From positions 1,754,737 through 1,818,736 of the forward strand of contig OZ252105.1 of assembly GCA_965248455.1 (NCBI GenBank): DNA of 64,000 nucleotides, in the 5' to 3' direction. Positions 7,861 to 14,647 of the stretch are shown piece by piece. Made by a program: the position numbers and the translations under genes. Below the pieces are notes generated by a model that saw nothing but the letters and a program-made list of their open reading frames with translations, was not told where the DNA came from and ran no database searches. Origin of the DNA: Dehalococcoidia bacterium. GTDB taxonomy: Bacteria; Chloroflexota; Dehalococcoidia; Lucifugimonadales; Australimonadaceae. How positions within the stretch are numbered: the stretch's first letter is position 1; the number at the start of each line of letters is the position of its first letter.

Positions 7861-8777
7861 GCGGCCCTCCGCAGCGCCAGCCGCAAGGCCGTGGACGCCA
7901 TGAGCCATAGCTTGCGGCCGGAGGTGACGACAGGACGGTTCGTCAACACGTCGTACTGCTGGCGGCGTATGGCTTCGAGGATGCTCATGCCGCCCTTGGT
8001 GAACAGGGCGATATCGAGCTTGAACCGGCCATCGAGGCGCTCGATGAGCGCGTAGCCCTGCTCGAATAGCTGCTGGGCGCGGTCCACCTCGAACGCCATC
8101 AGCTTCCGCAGATTGTCGTTAACCACGCCCGCTGCCAGGCTCTCTTCGGTGTAGCCGAAGCGCTCCATATCCTCCAGCGGCAGATAGATGCGGCCCATGT
8201 CGTGATCCCGCTTCACGTCCTGCCAGAAGTTGGCCAGTTGGAGTGCGGTACAGGTCGCATCGGATAGTTGATGGCTCTCCTCGGATCGATCTCCGAGCAC
8301 GTAGAGCACCATGTGCCCCACGGGGTTCGCCGAGTGGTCGCAGTAGTGCAGAAGGTCGTCATACGTGGGAAAGCGAACCTTCCCCTGATCCATGCGATTC
8401 GCCTGAATGAGCTTGCGGAACGGCGTATCGGGGATATCGAAGCGGCGAATGGTGTCCTGGAGCGCGACCACGATGAGGTGCGATGGCTGACCGCCGTAGG
8501 CTTGCGCGAGCGCCTCCTCCCACTCGCTGAGCTGGGCGAGCCTGTCGCCCGAGGCCTCGTCGCCGAGGTCGTCGGTCTGGCGGCAGAAGGCGTAGACGGC
8601 GTAGAAGTAGGGTCTCACGCTGCGAGGCAGCAGCAGCGAGCCGACGGTGAAGTTCTCGTAGTGGGCCTTGGCTAGACGCTCGCAGTGGGCGTATGCCTCG
8701 TCCAGACCGGGCGGCTTGCCGATGGCGCGATGCGTTGCCACGCTTGCTCCGGCAAGGGGAGTAGGGCTTACGGTCAC
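7857..8777 (-). CDS. hpnC: Squalene/phytoene synthase family, HpnC-like hydroxysqualene synthase
   Basis: 306 aa. AHYENFTVGSLLLPR and YAFCRQTDDLGDE are typical of HpnC. First gene of the hpnC-hpnD pair. Confidence 0.8.
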   Translation of the reverse strand: MTVSPTPLAGASVATHRAIGKPPGLDEAYAHCERLAKAHYENFTVGSLLLPRSVRPYFYAVYAFCRQTDDLGDEASGDRLAQLSEWEEALAQAYGGQPSHLIVVALQDTIRRFDIPDTPFRKLIQANRMDQGKVRFPTYDDLLHYCDHSANPVGHMVLYVLGDRSEESHQLSDATCTALQLANFWQDVKRDHDMGRIYLPLEDMERFGYTEESLAAGVVNDNLRKLMAFEVDRAQQLFEQGYALIERLDGRFKLDIALFTKGGMSILEAIRRQQYDVLTNRPVVTSGRKLWLMASTALRLALRRAA

Positions 8778-8878
8778 ATGAACACCGCTTGAGCGTGTCC
8801 AGGGCGACCGTTCAGACCGTGAGGCACGGCACTTACGCCACCCCTCGCCAATCTAGGTACGTCAGGCGGGAGTATACC

Positions 8879-9922
8879 TCACTTATCACGCGTGACGAAA
8901 TAATCCGCCATCGCCTGGATGCTCTCCTTCGCCTCGGACGGGAGCTGAAGCCCTTCGAGCGCATCCATCGCGCCGGAGGCTTGGCTGACCGCGGTCTGCT
9001 GCACAACCGCCTCGCTGTCGAGTTCAGCGAGCAAATCGAGAACGCGCTCGATGTCGTCGCCCGCCACCTCCTCCGCGGCGTAAGCGGTTCGGAGCCATTC
9101 GCGCTGCGCATCGTTCGCGCGTTGGAACAGGTGGACGATGGGCATGCTCTTCTTCTTGCGCTTGATATCGGAGCCGACCGGCTTACCCGTCGCCGCCGGG
9201 TCGCCCCAGATGCCGAGCAGGTCGTCGCGCACCTGGAATGCAAGCCCGAGCTTACGTCCGCACGCGCCGAACGCCTCCGCCGTCCTGGCGTCGCCGGTGG
9301 CCACCAGCGAGCCGAGGTACATGGCGCAGTCGATGAGCGCGCCCGTCTTGCGCGAGATCATGTCAAGGTAGGCGTCAGTCGTGACGTCGTCGGAGTCCTC
9401 GAAGGACATGTCCAGGTACTGGCCTTCGATCATCTCGACGTAGCGCGATGTCAGCGCGAGGGACGCCGCCATGACGGTGGACGCCGCAAGGCCGGTCTCC
9501 GACAGCGCCAGGAGCGTCTGATCGGCCACGACGCGCATCGCGTTGCCGGCGGCAATAGCCTCGTGGACGCCGAACACCGTCCACGCCGTCGACCGGCCTC
9601 GCCTTGTCGTATCCCTATCCTGGATATCGTCGTGGAGCAGTGAGAAGTTGTGGATAAGCTCCAGCGCCGCAGCGGCGGGGAGAGCGTCATGCCAGTCGCC
9701 GCCGTTGATCTCGCAGGACGCAAGCACGAGCACGGGGCGCAGCCCTTTGCCCGCGTCCTCGGCGGCGGGGTTGCCGTCGCGATCCTGCCACCCAAGGTGG
9801 TAGCGCAGCATGCTGAAGAGGCCGGTCTCGGAGTCGGGCACCGAGCGTCGAACCTGCTGCCTGATGTCAGCGGTGTACCGCTCGACGAGAGCTGCAACCC
9901 GACGTTCGGAGGAGACGGTCAA
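8879..9922 (-). CDS. Polyprenyl diphosphate synthase (FPP/GGPP synthase family)
   Basis: 347 aa. First aspartate-rich motif LLHDDIQDRD and second DDLLGIWGD. Confidence 0.9.
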   Translation of the reverse strand: MTVSSERRVAALVERYTADIRQQVRRSVPDSETGLFSMLRYHLGWQDRDGNPAAEDAGKGLRPVLVLASCEINGGDWHDALPAAAALELIHNFSLLHDDIQDRDTTRRGRSTAWTVFGVHEAIAAGNAMRVVADQTLLALSETGLAASTVMAASLALTSRYVEMIEGQYLDMSFEDSDDVTTDAYLDMISRKTGALIDCAMYLGSLVATGDARTAEAFGACGRKLGLAFQVRDDLLGIWGDPAATGKPVGSDIKRKKKSMPIVHLFQRANDAQREWLRTAYAAEEVAGDDIERVLDLLAELDSEAVVQQTAVSQASGAMDALEGLQLPSEAKESIQAMADYFVTRDK

Positions 9923-9948
9923 CCTGTCACCTGAGAGTGCCGCGTCGC

Positions 9949-11850
9949 CTATCCGGCTGCGGCTTCCCGATTCCTCTGCGGCGACGCTCCTGGGAAGAAG
10001 GCAGTCAGGATCTGCTGGACGATACCCTCTGCGTCCAGCTCCAACCGGTGCCTCTGAGCAGCCGCAGTGCTGTGCTCGATGAAAGAGTCAGGGAAGCCGA
10101 TGCGGTGAACCGACACATCCTCCATCCCAGCCTCGGCAAGCGCCTCGAGCACGGCGGAGCCGAACCCTCCAGCCAGCACGTTCTCTTCCACGGTAACGAT
10201 GCGCCGCGTGCTGCGGGCCGCGTCCAGCAGCAGTTCAGTGTCGAGAGGCTTCACGAAGAGCGGGTTCACGACGCCGCATACGATGCCGTACTCGGCGAGC
10301 TTGTCCGCCGCTTCCACAGCCGCGCTGCCCGGCTTGCCCAGAGCGAAGATAACGACATCGCGCCCCTCCCTGACCACCGCGCCGCGTCCGAGCGGCAGCT
10401 GCCGCAGGTTCTTGTCGAGCGGCGCGCCGGTGGCCGCGCCCCTCGGTATGCGGATGGCGAAGGGGCCCGGGTGCTTGTACGCGGTGTAGATGAGATGCTG
10501 CAGGTCGTTCTCGTCCATCGGAACCGCAACGATTGCGTTGGGGATGCACCGCAGGTACGAGATATCGAACGCGCCGTGGTGCGTCTTGCCGTCCTCGCCA
10601 ACGATACCGGCCCGATCGGCGATCAGCGTCACGGGCAGGTTCTGTAGGCAAACGTCATGCACGATCTGATCGAACGCCCGCTGGAGGAAGGTGGAGTAGA
10701 TCGAGACGAAGGGATGGAGGCCGGAGGAGGCCATGCCCGCCGCCATGCTGACGGCATGCTGCTCCGCGATGCCCACGTCGAAGACTCTGCTGGGGAACTC
10801 GTGCCGCACTTCCTCCAGCCCCGTGCCTTCGAGCATCGCCGCGGAGATACCGACGACGGATTCGTCGTCGCGCATGAGGCGCTGAATGGTCTGCGCGAAC
10901 ACCTTCGAGTAGGTGGGCGCTCCCGTCGAGGCCCCCAGAGGCGAACTTGGCTGGTGAAATCTGATGGGGTCGTCCTCGGCTGGCTCGTAGCCGTGCCCCT
11001 TGTGCGTCACAACGTGGATCAGAGGGACGGAGCCGGTGGGTATTCTGGCTTGCCGGAGCGTCTCTTCGAGCTGCTTGATATCGTGGCCGTCCACGGGACC
11101 GAGGTATTGGAATCCCAACTCGGTCCAGAACGTGGTGGGCACGATGATGCTGTCCAGCCCGCCACTGAACCTCTTGACGAGCCGGTAAACCATGTCGCCC
11201 GTAGGCACCCTCTTCGATAGCGCCTTCATGCGCCCGATCATCGCCTGGTACTCGGGGTGAGTGAGCACGCGTTTGCGCCAGTTGGTGAGGAAGCCGATGT
11301 TCTCGGAGATGGACATGCCGTTGTCGTTCAGAACGACAACGAACTTCTCCGGGTTGAGATGCACGATATTGTTCAGCGCCTCGAAGCTCGAGCCTGACGT
11401 CATCGCCCCGTCGCCCACCACCGCGATGGTCCAGGAGTCCGCCTTCCGGTTCGCCGCGCCTTGCGCTATGCCCAGAGCTATCGAAAGGCCCGTGCCGGCG
11501 TGCCCTGCCGCGAGAGTGTCATGTGGGCTTTCGCTCGGTTCCCCGAACCCGGACAGCCCGCCCTCCAGGCGGATGGCCTGGAACTCGTCGCGCCGCCCCG
11601 TCACCAGCTTGTGCGTGTAGCACTGGTTGGTCGTGTCCCAGACGATGCGGTCGATGGGGCTGTCGAAAACGCGGTGGAGCGCCAGCGTAATCTCAACGAC
11701 CCCCAGGTTCGACGCTAGGTGGCCGCCGCGCTCGGTTATCACAGAGATGATGGTGTCTCGAACCTCTTGCGCAACCTGAACCAGCTCCGCTCGAGTCAGA
11801 GCCTTCAGGTCGCTCGGTGCATCGATCTGGTCCAACAGACGGCTTACCAT
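9949..11850 (-). CDS. dxs: 1-deoxy-D-xylulose-5-phosphate synthase
   Basis: 633 aa. The N-terminus LLDQIDAPSDLKAL..., the GHAGTGLS TPP-binding region and the overall length are typical of Dxs. Confidence 0.95.
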   Translation of the reverse strand: MVSRLLDQIDAPSDLKALTRAELVQVAQEVRDTIISVITERGGHLASNLGVVEITLALHRVFDSPIDRIVWDTTNQCYTHKLVTGRRDEFQAIRLEGGLSGFGEPSESPHDTLAAGHAGTGLSIALGIAQGAANRKADSWTIAVVGDGAMTSGSSFEALNNIVHLNPEKFVVVLNDNGMSISENIGFLTNWRKRVLTHPEYQAMIGRMKALSKRVPTGDMVYRLVKRFSGGLDSIIVPTTFWTELGFQYLGPVDGHDIKQLEETLRQARIPTGSVPLIHVVTHKGHGYEPAEDDPIRFHQPSSPLGASTGAPTYSKVFAQTIQRLMRDDESVVGISAAMLEGTGLEEVRHEFPSRVFDVGIAEQHAVSMAAGMASSGLHPFVSIYSTFLQRAFDQIVHDVCLQNLPVTLIADRAGIVGEDGKTHHGAFDISYLRCIPNAIVAVPMDENDLQHLIYTAYKHPGPFAIRIPRGAATGAPLDKNLRQLPLGRGAVVREGRDVVIFALGKPGSAAVEAADKLAEYGIVCGVVNPLFVKPLDTELLLDAARSTRRIVTVEENVLAGGFGSAVLEALAEAGMEDVSVHRIGFPDSFIEHSTAAAQRHRLELDAEGIVQQILTAFFPGASPQRNREAAAG

Positions 11851-11890
11851 GTGAGGATCTCCTTATGGAGTGTCGGCTGCGACCCTGGCT

Positions 11891-12178
11891 TCACCATTTC
11901 GAGGACTCTTCCGAGTAAACGTGGTCGGGCAATGAGTAGCGGATTCCCTCCTCGTCGTACAGTGCAGAATCGAGCAAGGACGTGAATCTGCTGAAGTTGG
12001 TATCTTCGCGGCGGGTCCGAAGCAGCTTGCTCAGGATCTCGCCATAACGATTTTGCAGCTTGAACCACGGGACAGCGCCAAAGGAGGACAAAGGCGGATA
12101 TTCCAGTGCATTCGCAGTCTTATTTCCGATGAGTCCGCGGGAGACGCGGGCGCTGATCCGAGCCAGACGTTCCGTCAT
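11891..12178 (-). CDS. Hypothetical protein (95 aa)
   Basis: ORF 11891..12241 trimmed to MTERLARIS..., which is preceded by GGGAGG. Local GC is lower than the surroundings. No recognisable domain. Confidence 0.4.
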   Translation of the reverse strand: MTERLARISARVSRGLIGNKTANALEYPPLSSFGAVPWFKLQNRYGEILSKLLRTRREDTNFSRFTSLLDSALYDEEGIRYSLPDHVYSEESSKW

Positions 12179-12297
12179 AGGGCAGTCCTCCCGTCTCCTT
12201 ATAACTGAGGCCGTTCCCAAGTACCGGAGGTATCGCTCCAACTACGCAGTCCCGCAATAATAGCACGCCGCCTGTCTCGCAGTGTCCAGCCAACAGA

Positions 12298-12433
12298 GCG
12301 ACAAACGCCCATTGCGCCGACGCCGCGCCAGCCCATACAGTGGTTGGGCGCGTCGTTACGACGAAATCGCCCCGTCGTTCCCGCGAAGGCGGGAACCTCG
12401 CCCTCGGCCCCATCGCCCGCATAGACGAGAGGC
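12298..12433 (+). repeat. A-H element copy (promoter-like module A plus hairpin H) feeding into the tRNA-like array
   Basis: GCGACAAACGCCCATTGCGCCGACGCCGCGCCAGCCCATACAGTGG, with TTGCGC at 12312-12317, a 17-18 bp spacer and ATACAG/TACAGT at 12335-12341. Hairpin GTTCCCGC-GAAG-GCGGGAAC at 12377-12396. Ends in GACGAGAGG, where the iterons start in other copies. Confidence 0.8.
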
Positions 12434-12436
12434 TGT

Positions 12437-12508
12437 GGGCATTAGCTCAGTCAGTTAGAGCGTCGCGTCCACATCGCGGAAGCCAGAGGTTCGAGTCCCT
12501 ACCGCCCA
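12437..12508 (+). pseudogene. Degenerate tRNA-like sequence (anticodon-loop TCCACAT, Val-CAC-like)
   Basis: The D-arm GCTC-AGTCAGTTA-GAGC is intact. Defects: a 1-nt deletion in the 5' acceptor strand, acceptor mismatches, C at position 33, and the same aberrant T-arm as the other copies. No TATACT promoter in front. Confidence 0.4.
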
Positions 12509-12692
12509 TCACCGCTATCGGCCCAGGACTCCTGACCCCTGCGCTGCGGTTCAATTCCGCCTTCGAGTGCAACAACGGGACTCCGGCAGCGACGTACCAG
12601 CCTGAGCCGAAGCGAAGGTCAGCGGCTCTTCTCCCTCCGAACATCACGGGGCACGGAGGCCGAGCCTCAGCAGACATGCGGACGTGAACCGC

Positions 12693-12722
12693 TGGACTGC
12701 CCTGCGAGGCCAACCCTATACT
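12693..12722 (+). promoter_or_regulatory. Putative promoter of tRNA-like copy 2 (TGGACT-N18-TATACT)
   Basis: TATACT at 12717-12722, 11 nt upstream of the tRNA-like 5' end. The same module precedes copy 3. Confidence 0.35.
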
Positions 12723-12733
12723 CGAAAGACTGT

Positions 12734-12806
12734 GTGCGATTGGCCCAGCTGGCTAGAGCGTCGCGTTCACATCGCGGAGGCCAGAGGTTCGAGTCCCTAT
12801 CGCCCA
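12734..12806 (+). tRNA. tRNA-like gene, anticodon CAC (Val), non-canonical T-arm
   Basis: Manual cloverleaf. Acceptor GTGCGAT/ATCGCCC pairs 6 of 7 (U2-C71 mismatch). U8, A14, G18G19 and A21 are present. Anticodon stem TCGCG/CGCGG with loop TTCACAT. The T-loop TTCGAGT has only 4 nt (CCCT) on the 3' side of the stem, which requires a bulged A51. Confidence 0.5.
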
Positions 12807-12990
12807 TCACCGCTATCGGCTCAGGGCACCTGACCCCTGCGCTACGGTTCAATCGTGCCTTCGAGTGCAACGAGGGGATCCCGACAGCGACGTACCGTCC
12901 TGAGCCGAAGCGAAGGTCAGCGGCTCTTCTCCCTCCGAACATCACGGGGCACGGAGGCCAAGCCTCAACAGACATGTGGACGTGAACCGC

Positions 12991-13020
12991 TGGACTGCCT
13001 CGCGGGGCCAACCCTATACT
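12991..13020 (+). promoter_or_regulatory. Putative promoter of tRNA-like copy 3 (TGGACT-N18-TATACT)
   Basis: TGGACT at 12991-12996 and TATACT at 13015-13020. Confidence 0.35.
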
Positions 13021-13031
13021 CGAAAGACTGT

Positions 13032-13107
13032 GCGCGGTTGGTTCAGTTGGTTAGAGCGTCGCGTTCATATCGCGGAGGTCGGCGGTTCGAGTCCCTACCG
13101 CCCGCCA
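13032..13107 (+). tRNA. tRNA-like gene, anticodon CAT (Met/Ile2-type), encoded CCA, non-canonical T-arm
   Basis: Acceptor GCGCGGT/ACCGCCC pairs 6 of 7 (C2-C71). Anticodon loop TTCATAT. T-arm GGCGG-TTCGAGT-CCCT again needs a bulge (C51). G73 is followed by CCA. Confidence 0.5.
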
Positions 13108-13156
13108 CTTCCAGCCTAAGACAGTCGTGGAATTCAACCCAAGTGGAGGCAAATAT

Positions 13157-14019
13157 ATGTCCATCGATGATAAATTGAATAGTATCTCCACTCTAATCGA
13201 GGTAACCACGAGCACTGGTACTTTTCGGGGAACGGGGTTCTTCTACAATCAGTATGCGCCCACGGACAAACAGGGGCTTCAATACCGTCACATTGACGCA
13301 ATGTGGGTTGTGACCAATCGTCACGTATTGCTGCCCGGGCAGCAGGGTGTCGCATTTGCACCTTCAGCAGTGACGCTAAATATTCGCAAACTTACTGAAT
13401 CAGGTTTTATGGTTTGGGAACCGATCAAGTTATCGGCCGAAGAAGTCGAGACCCTTGCACGGTTTCATCCAAATAGGGCTGTAGATGTCGCCGCCATCAA
13501 TATCCTGGATCACTTTATTGAACGGTTCAATTCCAGTGATAAATACGTCGCGCCACATGCGCTTTCAGTTAAGGATCTCCCAGGAGACAATAGCGCAGAT
13601 ATAGAAGTGGCAAGTGACGTAATTATAGTAGGGTATCCAAGAGGCTTTTATGACAAGGTCAATCTCTTCCCCATTGTGAAGTCGGGAATCGTCGCTTCTC
13701 GTTGGGGTGTTGGTTTCGAAGGTAACCCATACTTCCTAATTGATTCCAAGCTGTTTCCAGGCTCTTCTGGGAGTGTGGTACTTTCAAAGCCTAACGATCT
13801 AATGATTAAGAACGGGCAAGTATGTATGCCGCAGAAAAGCATTTTTCGCTTTTGGGAATCTTTTCGGGTGAGCCCCAGTTTGAGGAACCTCCAGTGGAGA
13901 TCGGTGATCTCGTTGTCACACATAAGATCGGCTTTAATCTTGGAGTTGTTTGGTATGGCGAGTTGATTGAGGAGGTCATTTGCCAAGGCGTCCCTCCGAG
14001 CCAGGCATTGGCACCTTAA
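13157..14019 (+). pseudogene. Trypsin-like (S1/Trypsin_2-type) serine peptidase, frameshifted
   Basis: ORF 13127..13966 has an internal ATG at 13157 after GGAGG. It carries GTGFFY..VVTNRHV (His) and FPGSSGSVV (Ser). The reading frame switches near 13810-13835 into ORF 13822..14019 (...LLGIFSGEPQF...GVVWYGELIEEV). The region is visibly lower in GC. Confidence 0.7.
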
Positions 14020-14129
14020 GAACGGTACGCGGTGGAGCGAGCGATACCCAACCTCCACCCGATGCGCTGCTGGCACGGATCCCAGCCTCCCGCCCTCGCG
14101 GACGCGACGGGTTCGCCGAGCGCAATCCT

Positions 14130-14488
14130 GCGACAAACGCCCATTGCGCCGTCGCCGCGCCAGCCCTTACAGTGGTCGTATGCGTCGTTACGACGAAGGC
14201 ATATCGTCGTTCCCGCGAAGGCGGGGACCTCGCATCCCTGCCCCACGCAGACGAGAGGAATGAGACTGAATGAAACTAAATGAGACTGTTTTAAAAGTTC
14301 GTCACTCCTGGCCACTCGTGATGAAGCCAACCAAGGCCACAGCGAGGCCACGCTGGCTCAGCGCGTACGAGTGAACGGAGACCCAAACGAGACCACCCCG
14401 GCCTCATTTTCAGCCTCCCGACTAGGAGTGAATGGGGACAGATAGAGCCAAATGAGTCCTTGATTTGAAATTTACCCCTGAGGCGGCC
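14130..14488 (+). repeat. Complete A-H-B-C element (copy R1)
   Basis: Module A is 14130-14200, with TTGCGC at 14144-14149, N17, and TTACAG at 14167-14172. H hairpin at 14209-14228. Iterons AATGAGACTG / AATGAAACTA / AATGAGACTG at 14259-14288. TTTTAAAAGTTCGTCACTCCTGGCCACTC at 14289-14317. Module C runs to GAGGCGGCC at 14488. Confidence 0.9.
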
Positions 14489-14544
14489 CCCTACAGGTCC
14501 TTTCTCCCTCGGAGGACGGCTAAGATGAGAGTGAAGCCCCCAGC

Positions 14545-14610
14545 GCGTCTACGAGAGGAATGATCGGAAATGAGAGGAAATGAGAGGAAATTAAAAGTTT
14601 GCCACTCCTG
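14545..14610 (+). repeat. Solo B module 38 bp upstream of the enolase-superfamily gene
   Basis: CTACGAGAGG, then iterons AATGATCGGA / AATGAGAGGA / AATGAGAGGA (14559-14588), then AATTAAAAGTTTGCCACTCCTG. Confidence 0.85.
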
Positions 14611-14647
14611 AAAGCCCCGGAAGCGCTATCTCCGAAGGAACACCACC

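Larger units (their letters stand above)
12436..13107 (+). repeat. Tandem array, 298-bp period: [tRNA-like gene + ~225-bp spacer] x2 plus a third tRNA-like gene
   Basis: Units start at about 12436, 12734 and 13032. The near-identical antisense ORFs 12447..12713 and 12667..13011 in the track simply reflect this DNA repeat. Confidence 0.9.

Noticed and set aside
12447-13011. Two paralogous minus-strand ORFs (88 and 114 aa) with near-identical sequences
   Set aside because: They are antisense read-outs of the 298-bp tandem tRNA-like repeat. Their similarity is explained by the DNA repeat, and no RBS or domain is present.
14259-14288. Iteron arrays as a CRISPR-like or mini-CRISPR structure
   Set aside because: The units are 10 bp and directly abutting, with no spacers. 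There are only 2-3 units per locus and no cas genes.
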